NCBI GenBank assembly: GCA_964270895.1
Contig: OZ185437.1
DNA: 64,000 nucleotides
From: Podarcis filfolensis
Lineage: Eukaryota
Reading direction: 5' to 3' (one strand)
Below are positions 12,750-24,595 of this stretch, in pieces. The stretch's first letter is position 1; each line of letters begins with the position of its first letter. Under the pieces are notes generated by a model. That model was given only the letters and a program-made list of their open reading frames with translations, ran no database searches and was not told where the DNA came from. The position numbers were made by a program, and so were the translations under genes.

Positions 12750-13001
12750 CGGTCATACCTCGGGATGAATACGCTTCGGGTTAGGCAAATTCGGGATGCG
12801 CTCCGCCGCGACCCGGAAGTAACGGAGCGCGTTACTTCCAAGTTTCGCCGCGTGTGCATGTGCAGACCCTCAAAATGACGTCACCTGCATGCGCCGAAAC
12901 GTGCCCCGCGCATGTGCAGACGTGCGGACACAGGTTACGTTCGCTTTGGGATGCGAACGGGGCTCCGAAACGGATCCCGTTCGCATCCCGAGGTACCACT
13001 G
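12750..13001 (-). mobile_element. Tigger-like MITE, family A (inverted)
   Basis: TA|CGGTCATACCTC...GAGGTACCACTG|TA, 252 bp; reverse-complement homolog of 1214-1432 and 28173-28418. Confidence 0.88.
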
Positions 13002-13295
13002 TATGTACTGTTAAATAAGTCTCTCTCCAGTCAGTGCATTGTCAGCATCAAGGCAAGTTCCAAACCAATCTGAACCCAGTAGACTTTTGTATCATAATGT
13101 CTCTTTGTGTCTGATATCTTGCTGAGACATATGATAACAAAATGGAATTATGTCTATTTCATATGATATCTATTACTTTACTTTTCAGTTTAGGAAGAAT
13201 TGGCATTTAGTATCTTCAGAACTAGTTTCAGCCATCTACATAAATGCAAGTATGCAAAACTGAGACTCACATTATGACTATGTGAGATATATATA

Positions 13296-13535
13296 AAGGC
13301 AACCCCTCATTTATGTGGGGGTTACGTTCCAAGGCACCACACATTTAATTGTAATTGTGTATATTTGAAACACAATTGAAGAAGTCTGCAAATATCCTGT
13401 TCCCGCTCCCATCTGTTCTGCCCCTTTTTGTGACATTTTTGTGATGTTTCTGGGTTGCTTCTGGGTTTGACATGATGAATGTGTGTGCAAGTCGCTCACA
13501 TACTAAACATGCATAAATGGGGGGGGGGGTTGTAT
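13296..13535. mobile_element. old degenerate Tigger-like MITE
   Basis: Imperfect inverted ends CAACCCCTCATTTATG...GCATAAATGGGGGGGGGGGTTG near TA-rich flanks; boundaries approximate. Confidence 0.45.
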
Positions 13536-13808
13536 AAATAACCCCTCTTCTTCTAGGAAGAACCATAATAGTTCACAGTGATGCCATCATAATCTTTAAT
13601 GCAGTTCATGGCCACAGCTTCTATCTGCTAAGGTAAAAAGTGGCATGAAAGAAATACAAATCCAACAGCCCTACTTGGCTAACTTGCTATTTGCTGAGGT
13701 CTGAGTGAAACAAATAAAATAGTTGGTCCAGTATGCATGAAACTGCCAGCATTGGAAGATAAGGTCTGTAAATGCTTATTTGTCAGCCTTCTTAAAAGGA
13801 TTCACAAT

Positions 13809-13894
13809 GCAATTCTATGCATGTCTACTCAGACATAACTCCCTTTCAGATCAGTTGGGCTTGCTCCCAGGTAAACAGGTATAGGATTGCAGCC
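13809..13894. mobile_element. short palindromic MITE-like repeat (possibly PIF/Harbinger)
   Basis: GCAATTCTATG...ATAGGATTGCAGCC imperfect palindrome. Related copies at 40868-40959 and 52961-53055 (both followed by TTA); similar palindromes at about 11185-11250, 22165-22235 and 38493-38546. Confidence 0.5.
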
Positions 13895-15141
13895 TACATG
13901 GTTAAATTTAACTTTTAAACAGAAGGATCCTTGTTTAACTTACAGAACTGCAAATATGCATGGAACACAAACAAGAACACTATATAGTTATTCAAAAGAA
14001 TATCATTTAGCTTGGTGTCATGTAGATTTATAATGTCCTGCTTTATACATTTTGCTGGAAGATTAGGTATTTCGGTATATTTTTAGCTCTGGTTACCAGG
14101 TGGAGCTGCCCATTGTAACCATATTTTTTAAAATATTTGCATTCCTGTTTCATTCCTGCATTCACTCTAATGTATACATTTCGGTAGGCAAATAGGACAT
14201 GCTTAATATTTGTTTTCTATTTATAGAATTATAAATTTGTCCTGCATCAGTAGAGAAATTCCAAGGGGAAAGTACTTGACCCAAAAAGAAAGTATAAAGA
14301 CTGCAATTCATATGCAGCAGGATTTAGATTATACATCATTTCATTCCAGCTACGTCCTCCTAAGTCAATGGACCAGTTAAAAGACAAGTTATATGGCTTA
14401 GAGAACAATCCTGCTGCTCCAACATCCCCAGGTTGATGGCTGGAGAGGATCAGAGCGATGGGTTTGTGCCTCTCCTCTAACAAGAAGAAATGCCACCAGT
14501 TTGGGGGAGCTCTGCTACAGTGGAGGCTCCATCTGGAACCAGGTAAAAAGAAGCCAGCAGCAGAAGCAATAGCAAGATGTAACCCCAAAAATGAGATCTT
14601 TTATGGGTGGGGCAACGGCAGCTTGGAGCAATGGCAGCTTTGGATCCAATGGATTGAAAGCTCCTTGGTCCCACACAGCTCTGCCGAATTAGAGATGTAA
14701 TAGCAAAAAGGATGAGAAAACTACCTGCTGCCCCCCACCTTCAGCCATGTCTTCTCTCTAGGCCCTCTCTCTGTGTATGTGTGGCAGGGTATGTGTCTCA
14801 TGTATGTCTGTCTATGTGTACATGCAAGAGTGTGTGAGGTCACCACACCTGGTGTAAAGTGTAGAGTAGCCACACAAACTGTTGGCATGTGGCCTCCAGA
14901 AGGCTGGCCAAAAAAGGTTAGCCACTCTATTTCCCTTTGGAGCTCCTGGGTGAGGTTTGAAGCGAGGTGTCATGAGTACAAACAAACAAGGTTTGTTTTT
15001 TAAATATTGCCTGCAAAGCATGAGGGGTTAGAAACTTTCATTTTTAACATATAAGTCAAGAATCTAATTATTCTACCTTGCTGCTGAAATAACATTCATT
15101 AAGTACAACCAATTCAGTATCAATCAAGGTTCTTTCCTTAC

Positions 15142-15284
15142 TTCGGTTAGAGTGTAGCAGTCCTCAGCCGAGCATTCTGCTTTGCTAGTTGGGTTACTGA
15201 GAGCAAAAATAATTGGCCTCTGGTTGAAGGAAGCCATATCCTGGATAATCTTTTTTGTAAATGCACCACCAATGGCAGCAACTC
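15142..15284 (-). CDS. ME1: NADP-dependent malic enzyme, exon 11 (143 nt)
   Basis: CTCAG|GA...GAA|GTAAGG; [48 protein letters not shown] contains the malic-enzyme [11 protein letters not shown] motif. Confidence 0.97.
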
Positions 15285-16238
15285 CTGAGGAAGACAATGG
15301 GAAATTTGGATGAAGTAACTGTTTTGATTCATAGACAAAAGGCAGAATCCACCATAACTTGTCCTGTTGCACTCATATACAAAGGAAATGTGCCACTGTG
15401 ACATTTCATTTCAATGAAGCTGGTGCTTGAGATATTTCAAGGGGACCAGCCCAGAATGAGATACTTCAGGATCTTAAGTAGTTGTAATTTTGACACATAT
15501 TCAATTGAGTTGCATTAAGCTGTATGAACAGATAGATGCTTGAGTCTTGAAGAGCTGCAGTTTAACATATAATCTTCCTGTCTGTCTGTCTGTCTGTCCG
15601 TCTGTTTGTTTTTCTTCTGATATCTTAGGCCTCTCAAAGAAAGTAGAGTTCAAAGTCTGGCTCCCATAATTTTTATAGGCTAATTGGTCTAAACAAAAAG
15701 TACTGGCACTTGATCTACATTTTGCAGAGTTTATGTCAATTTTGCTTCTAGACAGTTAATCATAAGAATGTCAACCTTTTCTAGCCAGAGGGTATAATAA
15801 ATTAGAAAACATAATTTCACTTATGCTTTATGGCTACTTTTATTAAAAGAATTGTTTCTGGTCCAACAATAACAAGTCTTCTTCCTGAACGGTGTCTAGC
15901 AAGACTCCATATATGGCATTTGCTGAGACTTGTTTTAAAGAAAACCTTGGGAAAATATCAGACAACGAAGCAATCCCCGTCATGCAAGGAGAGATTTTTT
16001 AACAATTAATCATCCATACAGAAAAAAACAATCTCAAATTTGATCAGTCTTTCTTGCTACACAGCAGATACACAGCAGATAAACACGGTATTTAAATAAA
16101 TTCTTTTCATGTTCCACACTCAATGCTATACACTGCATTTTGAATATACACAGCTACCTGAATGTAACTGTTTATACCCTTTTTCAGTAAATGGAATTTA
16201 GTAGTGATTATTCTGAACAGTATCCTGTACAGAATAGG

Positions 16239-16311
16239 GTACAGAATAATCCCTCTTAAATTTCATTCACAGAAAAAGCGTACAGAATAATCCCTTCTAA
16301 ATTCCATTCAC
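16239..16311. repeat. imperfect tandem duplication, period 41 bp
   Basis: GTACAGAATAATCCC at 16239 and 16280; partial GTACAGAATA at 16227. Confidence 0.8.
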
Positions 16312-16843
16312 TACAAAACAATGTAACTACATTCAGGTAAATGTGCACATTTTTATTCGTAATGCAGTTATTGGAAAAGAATTTAAAGACGGGGGAAGGA
16401 TAAATTACACACTATTCTGATTGTATTATGCCTCAGGCAGCAAATGAGAGGAAGGACATAACCCAGGGAGTGGATTAAAAAGTAAACATTGACCTAAAGC
16501 TATGAGTTCTTCCTGACGTAATGCATCGCTTATCTATTACTTACACTACAGTTCAAAATTTTCTAGAGCTTCACCTGGTTTCACCCTCTGAAGGAAACAA
16601 AACAAAGCTATTTTATAACTGCTAACATCACATCCTGAGGATGGTTTTTGGGGGTTGGGGGTTAGATGACTGTCCTGTGATCTTTGGATGAAGGATGATA
16701 TACAAATTCAATTAATAAGAATAATACATACTCAGAACCTATTTTTATACATTGCATGCATATTCACAGCATCTATATCAAACAATAAAACAAAGAGGCA
16801 AAGGTAGTATAGGTGGTTGGACAAATAGAGATGTAAGTGTTAC

Positions 16844-16949
16844 CTATAAGAGCAGTTGGCCTTAAACTGTTAACAATATCTTCTAGATTTTTCATCTCTT
16901 TATGTTGATGGGCAAACTGTTCTTTCTCAGCTGTTAGTGAGGCACGGCC
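16844..16949 (-). CDS. ME1: NADP-dependent malic enzyme, exon 10 (106 nt)
   Basis: TTAG|GGC...ATA G|GTAACA; GRASLTAEKEQFAHQHKEMKNLEDIVNSLRPTALI(G). The Lys of EKEQF aligns with the NADP-selectivity Lys362 (mitochondrial-ME numbering). Confidence 0.95.
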
Positions 16950-19900
16950 CTAAGTTTAAAAAGAGAATTAATTTATTAGAAATATAGATTTGCATCCATT
17001 CTGTGTTTTTTGTCTCAATGAAAGGACTCAACTTGTCCTCAAAAGCACACCTATCTTCTCTCATCTTACGAGTCAATACCGGCCAAGTGCCAAAACTTGC
17101 TACAACCATTCTCTGATAGTATGCTACACTTCCCCCAATTAAAAGCAGGTAGGTTTTACTAAGCATTTTTGTAACTCTTTGGAACGATAGATAGGATTTT
17201 TGAGAGAGATGTGTTCATACAACTTCTGGGAAATCGTTATCTTACGCCTGTGTGAGAAAACCTTCCGAAGTCCATTTGGTGAAAACCCATTAGATCTGGG
17301 GAGAAGGTAGTTGCACTCATTTTCAGGGGGGAAAAACCAAACCTTCTGATCAAAATTCATGAGCGATGTTACCCTGAAATACCTTAACTTGTTTGAATGT
17401 CTTATCTGCTTAGTGATCTTGCATCAAAACTCTCTTAAATGGTTGTGAATGGGTATCCCCATTTGCCCCCCAACAGAAACTACTGACAAATGAAAAATGC
17501 AAACTGTCTCTTGTATTCCACTGATTGGTAAAGTTGGCACCTGGCCCCCTCAATCAATTAATATACAGAATGAAGGACTAGAAACAGCTTGCACTTCTCC
17601 GGTAATTAATTACACAGCTCACAAGAGGCTTGTCTATCCTTTTCCAAGCTTCAAGTAGAGGAAATTGTGCGGAATTTAGAGAAGGGCATATAATAAAGCC
17701 AAGATTTTCTCTCTAAAACTAGGTGGTCTTAAAATGCCAACCAGCAGCCTAGCTAGGATGTTTATGGAGAGAAATTTCTTTTCTGAGAGGGATAGCAAGC
17801 AGAAGGTGGGTTTTAAGATTTGAGGTCCACTGCTATTAGTGAGTGTGGCATGGAACGGTAGAACAGGAACATGGTCAACTGAGTACATAAAAGGAATGCA
17901 TTTTAACTGATAATAGGTATGCTAGATTTCTGAAATTCAAAAACATGAGTGTAGTATTTCTCACCATGAGCAGGCTACCAGGGGTGATACGCACCATTCC
18001 AGGTCTCAAACCTGGAGTAACTGCAGCTGTGTGATGGAACTGGAATTCAGCACTCAAGAAGAGCCAGTTATCACTTACATTACATAGAACAGGAGCCCTT
18101 AAATGGCACTGTGGGAAAAGGCATGCTTTTTGTGCCTCCAGAAGTGTGGGCCCTCCTAAGCAACCACAGCAAAGCTCTATGTCAGTGAGAGCTCACTTCT
18201 GAATCTGAAGGGGGTGGAAGTTACAAAAGCAGCCCCTTAGAGCCATCATGATTCAAACTGAAGAACTACTGTCCAATAAATATGCAAAAGTGCATACAAC
18301 TGAAGGGCATCTACTTCAAATGCCTATTTTGAAGTTTTGTGGCAAATTATGTGGTTTGGTGTTGTGGTTCCCTGCCCCACCCCACCCCACCCCCAAAATT
18401 AGGCAAAAGTATAATAATGTATATACAGGGACCTGTGTAAGTCCAGAATGAATAAAGAGAAGAAGGGTTTTAAAAGCTGTCATAACACAACTACATTTTT
18501 CCATTTAGAAAATCTATTATAAACACACGTTCCCAGGTTTGTGCTTTGGTACAAATTACTTCACTGCATTTGTTCTCTTTCTTCTTCACTTCCCTGGTCG
18601 GCAACCACAAGTCTTGGTATTTATATAATGGAAAGCAATATATTATCACCAGCAGTATATGGTTCGGGGTGACCACAAAACATAGCATAGATCTGTCACG
18701 TGGCTAGCAATAAATATGTTGCTGTATGCTAGACCATGCCAGCTTCTTTCAACTCACCCTTGATTTATTTGGGGATAGCTATCGTTCATCCCCCTCTTCT
18801 CTTATAAAGTTTTCTTTAGAGAATGAATTACTGGGTTTTCAGCTGATATAAATATGTACTCATGTAATTAATAAATGGTTATAAAAATTTTCTTAGTATT
18901 GCTACCACAGAACTATTCTGAGAAACTTGTACCTGGCTCCCTTTGTGACCAAAATGAAAAATTCATAGTCCCTCCAGACCACAGTACCTTTGGTCACCTT
19001 CTGACATACTCATGAAGGCCAATTTCAGGGCAAAATTACTAGGCTACTAAGTACAGTGCTGTTTTTAAATACTCCAGCAGGTGTCACTGGGATTTTAAGA
19101 AAATACATAAAACATTAGTTAAAAAACAAAAACAAAAAACTAGCATAAAACACAGTTAATTTATAAATGTAAAAATGCAAAAAGGTCTTTTTTCTAGTTA
19201 TACTATAGCTAGCACAAATCTTATCTATCACAGTGCAAAATATTTTAAATTTAAAAACTGCTAATCTATTTTAACTATGCATATAAGTCTCCCCTGCCGT
19301 ATCTCTAAGGCTGAATCCATTTGTTCTCCCTTTGCTAACTTCGTTAAGTTTCACCAAATTCTGATTACTTTCAATCAAAGAAACTTTCCCAACCATACTA
19401 CCTTGGTGCATGCCTTAGGTATTTCCTTTTTTATTACCATTTCCCATTCCATTCCACTTTGATTCTTTTATAATCAATTTAAAAACATGGCATCTATTTG
19501 TTAACAGCCTGACCACAAGAATGCAATCCAATGACGCTCGGGCACATTTAAGCCACTTGATTATTCTCATCCCCTTTCCCTGAAAAGTGAATTCAACTGG
19601 GTTGAAAGGCCAGATTCTCAAAATAGCAGATGTTTAGGGGCCTCAACCAACTTTGTCATGGAAAAAACATTTACTTTGATTCTGGAAGATGCTAGTGGTT
19701 ACTTTTTAAAAAATACTACCTCCATATCTTTTCTTTCAAACTCCTTTCACCCTCCACTGCCACTTTATCTAATTGCCAGCTCCACCGCAACAGTTCCAAA
19801 CTGTTTACTGTCTAAATCCCCTTCCCCATACAAACTGGTTGCCCTCCAAAATCATATGGCAAAACAGCTGTCCCTACACATCCTGCCCATCTAAATATCC

Positions 19901-20011
19901 ATGTCTTTCAAGTCTCCTCCTCCACTGACAACAGGTCATCAGCACTCACTCCCATATCTGCATCCCGCACTCTTGGCTGTGGGTGATGGCAAACTGCATT
20001 CGTCACACACT

Positions 20012-20197
20012 CTGGATTGATGTTGAATTAGGGAAGATTTGGCTTGGAGTCCATGCTTAGCCATGATGCTGACTGCATGTCCTTGGGCACGTCACTAACT
20101 CTGCTTAAACTACCTCACAAGATTACTGTGAGGATTAAATGTGATAATCCCATGCATGCCACTTTAAGCTATTTAGTGAAAAGGCAAAATATAAATG
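20012..20197 (+). mobile_element. MIR-like SINE, old
   Basis: TAGCCATGATGCTGACTG...CTACCTCACAAGATTACTGTGAGGATTAAA...TATAAATG; boundaries approximate. Confidence 0.55.
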
Positions 20198-20330
20198 AGA
20201 ATGATAGACAGAAAGAAACATTCGATATGTTCTGCTTCCTTTAATTCAGACTTTTCTAGAGACAAATAAATTAGGAGAAAAGTAATATTATCTACCAGGA
20301 TTTCCTGTATTTACATGCTACTCTCTTTGG

Positions 20331-20502
20331 CTGCGCTGCTCTGGTTCGCCAGAAGCTGCTCAGTCATGCTGGCCACATGACCCAGAAGCTGTCTGCGGAC
20401 AAACACCAGCTCCCTCAGCCAGTAAAGCAAGATGAGCACTGCAACCCCAGAATCGTACGCGACTGGACTTAACGGTCAGGGGTCCCTTTACCTTTACCTT
20501 AA
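20331..20502 (+). mobile_element. Sauria SINE, 5'-truncated
   Basis: Ends ...GACTGGACTTAACGGTCAGGGGTCCCTTTACCTTTACCTT (ACCTTT tail); 8-bp TSD CTCTTTGG at 20323-20330 and 20503-20510. Confidence 0.88.
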
Positions 20503-21327
20503 CTCTTTGGTAGAGATATGGGCCATGTAATATTAATGACTGCATAGAACTGTGGAGGAACAAACATCGCCTCCTCTTTTTGGATAAACTCATCCAACTC
20601 CAGGAATATTATAATAACATTAATATGCAACGTCATCCATCTAGCTAGAAGTTATAGTGATTGCACAAAATCAATGCACACAACCTCAATGGCCATGTGA
20701 GGCCAACTATAGAAGGGTTCCTCAACTGCATCATAAAGCTTCTTTAAACTTTACAGTTTTATGTGAAAGCACACTCCACTTCAAGTCTCACTATTCAGAT
20801 CCACCAGTCATTAAAGACCCAGGGGAGTAGAATGCATTTATACACACATGGTGACAAGAGAAAGACATCAACTGAGGGAAGGATGAGAATGCAATAGCAA
20901 ATCAAAGTTTCTTTTCACTAAGACCAACCATAAAAAACCATGCAAACAGCATATGAAGAAGTTGAATAAATCAGCTGTATTATTTTGTTTTTCTTGTTAA
21001 TTTTAAGAACCTCAGAACTATAACATAAATGACCACTTTTATTTTGGTTCTTGAAATATGTTTCTGTCTTAGCTCTGGCATGGGGAAGAAATGAGGTAAA
21101 AGTAACTGATGTAGTCACCCAGCAGCTTTGAATTTCTAACCACTGCTGATACCATAGCAAACCACAGCATGTAGGAAGGGCATGATCTCCTCTCCATCAC
21201 TATGCAATAGAGTTATTTGAGGCAACACAGCTGAACTTTAAGTAGAAGTCTGGCAAACATAAAGGAAAATATCAGCAGGAAATTATCTCTTATATCAGCA
21301 TTTCTTTTCTCCTTTTGATAAATAACT

Positions 21328-22122
21328 TCATGTTTGTGGGCCCAAGCCCAGCAGGCCGGTGATCTGAGTGGTGATCTTATAATGACAGAAATGATTACAA
21401 GACAATATTATGGGATTGAAATTGGCCATAACTTTTTTTTATTACTGATGTAGTAGGCTATGGCATAGTCAGTGGGTATGCATCCTGAATCAATCAACCC
21501 ACCTGCTGATTGATTACTCCTTCAGGGTCGATCCTGTGTCTCCCGATGACACAAATCAAATGGGGTGGTCCCACCAGGATGCCAGTAGGATGTTCTATAG
21601 TCCGACAGCCCCCTGTCCACCAGACAGACTCTCCAGCACTTAGACTATGGATCCAACCCAATGCCTTTTTCTGCCATCTGAGTCAGCCCCTCCCTGCCAG
21701 CTTAACAACAAACCAATCACATCTGCAACCAATCCCATAGGCCCCAGTAAATACCCATCAGCCAGGCCTCATTGCCACTTGGTGATAAGTATACTCTGTC
21801 AGGCTGGTATAAGTCCAATTTATCAAATGTGTTGCCAGGGTGGCATATGATATGACCACCCAACTGTGCTATGCAGGACATAGCTCAGTTAACTTTCTCC
21901 CATGAATGGCTAACATGTGCAGGCAGTGCTGCACCTCACCAGTGGTGTTGCTCCAGGTTCTCAGACCAGAAGATGGTCAAACTAGGGTGTGTTGCCTGCA
22001 GAGCGACGAGATCTGTGGTTCCTGCCAATATGAGGGTGATGCCCTTCCTATCAGCCACATCATTTTCTCCGAATTGTATCATGATGGCATCTGGCGTCCC
22101 AAGGAATTCTGTATTATATTCA
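21328..22122 (-). mobile_element. 795-bp insert, probably the 3' part of a Ngaro/DIRS-type (tyrosine-recombinase) retrotransposon
   Basis: Bounded by a perfect 29-bp direct repeat. Contains a decayed SGNH-hydrolase frame followed by ~390 nt of non-coding sequence with AATAAA. Family assignment is inferred from the domain position. Confidence 0.6.
21717..22121 (-). pseudogene. decayed SGNH/GDSL hydrolase domain (C-terminal part), TE-derived
   Basis: Manual translation: EYNTEFLGTPDAIMIQFGENDVADRKG...TIFWSENLEQHHW*GAA...EKVN*AM...LGGHIICHP...LYQPDRVYLSPSGNEAWLMGIYWGLWDWLQM*. Block III GxND is present; block V DGVH reads DRVY. Two TGA stops, no frameshift. Confidence 0.7.
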
Positions 22123-22535
22123 CATTTCTTTTCTCCTTTTGATAAATAACTATCAAACTAAGTTCTATTCAGACTAGACCCATAGAAATGAATGGACCTA
22201 GGTTAGTCATGCCCATTAATTTTCATGGGTCTTCTCTGAGTATGACTAACATTTGATACAACACAATATGATTTACATTGCTGAACACACTCACATAAAT
22301 TGACATGTTCATGGAAGATAAAAACAAAGTTAAACACTCCCCTTAGTGTTTATGTTAGTCAGCTTGCTGAAAAAAATCCAAATCAGGGTCAAAGAATATC
22401 ACTTAAGGAAATTATGGGGATAATTATCTTTCCAAAAAACACTGACCCAGTTTCACTTTTACTGGGTTACTTAGCCACCTCTAACACATGTAAGTGTAAG
22501 GAAAAGGAGACATCACTGAGACCTAAGAACATATA

Positions 22536-23241
22536 CCGTATTTTTCGCCCTATAGGACGCACCTTTTCCCCTCCAAAAATGAAGGGGAAATCTGGGTGCG
22601 TCCTATGGGGCGAATGCAGGCTTTCGCTGAAGCTTGGAGAGCGAGAGGGGTCGGTGCGCACCGACCCCTCTCGCTCTCCAGGCTTCAGGAAGACATCCGC
22701 AGCCTAGGCAGCCCTGAGGGAGTTCCCGCAGGGCTGTCTAGGCTGTGGATAGCAGCCTGCTTCCCAGAGCACCGGGCGCGCTGAAAGCAGAGCGCCCGGG
22801 GCTTCGGGAATGCATCCGCAGCCTAGGCAGCCCTGCGGGAGGTCCCGCAGGGCTGTCTAGGCTGCGGATAGCAGCCTGCCGCCCAACGCGAGGGGCGCCC
22901 TGAAGCAGAGCGTCCCTCGCGCCGGGCAGACATCTGCAGCGTGGGGAGCCCTGCAGGAGTTCCCCGCAGGGCTCCCCACGCTGCGGATAGCAGCCTGCCG
23001 CCCGGCGCGCAAGGCACCCTGAAGCAGAGCACCCCGCGCGCCGGGCAGACATCGGCCAGCCCCACAAGCTCGGGGGGCAGCAGGGAGGCGCAGCGCCGCC
23101 ATCCCGCTGTTCCTCGACCTGGTTCGGTTTCCCCGACCTGGGTTTGGGGGGAAATAAAGGGGGGGAAATTTCCTTTATTTCCCCCCCAAAAAACTAGGTG
23201 CGTCCTATGGGACGGAGCGTCCTATGGGACGAAAAATACAG
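22536..23241. mobile_element. Tc2-like (TcMar) non-autonomous element, 706 bp, GC-rich hairpin interior
   Basis: TA|CCGTATTTTTCG...CGAAAAATACAG|TA; the CCGTA terminus is typical of the Tc2 group. Subterminal GCGTCCTATGGG at 22598, 23200 and 23217; three ~119-bp internal units. Confidence 0.88.
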
Positions 23242-23339
23242 TAGATTGAGACATATATATGTTGTTTCAACCAATAATGTACAGAAAAAGTGGAATACTT
23301 CAAATATGCATTTGTATAATAAGGAAAAATCTGCATCAC

Positions 23340-23453
23340 CTTTACAATTAATCCTTTGGAATCAACCATCCATATCTTTTTGATTGCTTCCTTTTTCGGT
23401 GTCCCTTCCTTTTCCATGGCCATAAGAATCAGATTGGCGATCCCCAGAGCTGC
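23340..23453 (-). CDS. ME1: NADP-dependent malic enzyme, exon 9 (114 nt)
   Basis: TTAAG|GCA...AAG|GTGATG; [38 protein letters not shown]. The DSK motif carries the Ser/Lys NADP determinants. Confidence 0.96.
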
Positions 23454-24595
23454 CTTAACAAGAAAAAGGAGAGAAAAAATAATTAGGTCATGAAATTCAA
23501 GTTTTATAGCTTATCTTCACTCTTTTAGAACCTATTAGCCACAGTAACAATGATAACTGTAGAAACAGCCTACCTTAAAAAACTCCTGTACCTCTGGTGG
23601 TCCACAGACCACAGTTTGGTACCCCAATATACGAGATATATATGAGGAAGAGTGAGAAGCAAACATGATGCTTGAATAATCCATATCTGTTTAATTTTGA
23701 AATAACTGCTTACTGTTTTTCTGATTCTGTATCCAATGAAAATGGCATCTCTTGCAGACATGCTAGAAAGTTATCATGTAAGTTATGACAGAAAGCTGGA
23801 CTAGGCAAGAAGCATGTTTTTTCAAACAGATGTCCTAGAATAACTGTGACATGGCACCCAATGGACCCCCTCCCACCAGGTTCTAAAAAGGTTATGTGAC
23901 ATACATGTAGCAGGCTCCAAAAATTCCAAAGGATGAATACAACATTAAAGATCACAAGTAGACATAAACAATATCTGACAACTCTGTTGAGTCATAAAAG
24001 CTCCCAAGCTACTCAATAAGACTGACATCTATCTATCTACATATAACAGTAAGGCTCAAAGGACAATAGCCATTTAGTTTCCATCTTGCATAGAGTTCTT
24101 GATCATCATAACGACAGCAGCAATAACAACAACAAATCTCAGGTAGGGGAAAGGAAAAGCAGGACTGAGAACTTCAGACAATATAGATATGCTTTTCAGT
24201 GCTCTAAACCTATATGAAGGTAACACTAGATTACTAATTGCTTTATGCCATGAAAAAGATTTTTGTGTGTGGTGGTCGTCATTATTGTTTTTTACTAATT
24301 GACCTTGCATCTTGTTAATAAATTGATTCTTTTGGGTGATAGCCTTCAAATATTATGACGGGAAGGACTGAAGGTAACTGCAAGGGGATGTATTGCATGT
24401 GAATGTGAAGAAGCAAACTTAATAGACACAATCTATAAATTTTAAACTGAAGTTATTTTCATACCAAAAAATAATGATGATGATTGGGGGGGGGGGTGAA
24501 GCGAGGGGGTTGAATGGGCAGCAAGGGCCAAATGCTTGTATCAGAGTTAATCTTTAACAAGGAAATGCTTCAATGGAGCCTTTGGGGTCTATATA

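Noticed and set aside
14247-14700. Coding-looking stretch considered as a viral or pseudogene relic
   Set aside because: Hand translation of the frames I tried gave no recognisable motif; tBLASTx would be needed.
22694-23060. CRISPR-like repeat/spacer appearance
   Set aside because: Eukaryotic intron with no cas genes; the variable parts are homologous hairpins, not unique spacers, and the array lies inside a TA-flanked transposon.
22300-23249. Cluster of overlapping 60-135 aa ORFs on both strands
   Set aside because: Produced by the GC-rich, stop-poor MITE interior; low complexity, no recognisable domain, no transposase motifs.
23454-23460. AAG acceptor of ME1 exon 9
   Set aside because: Less common than YAG but canonical AG; exon length and frame are as expected.
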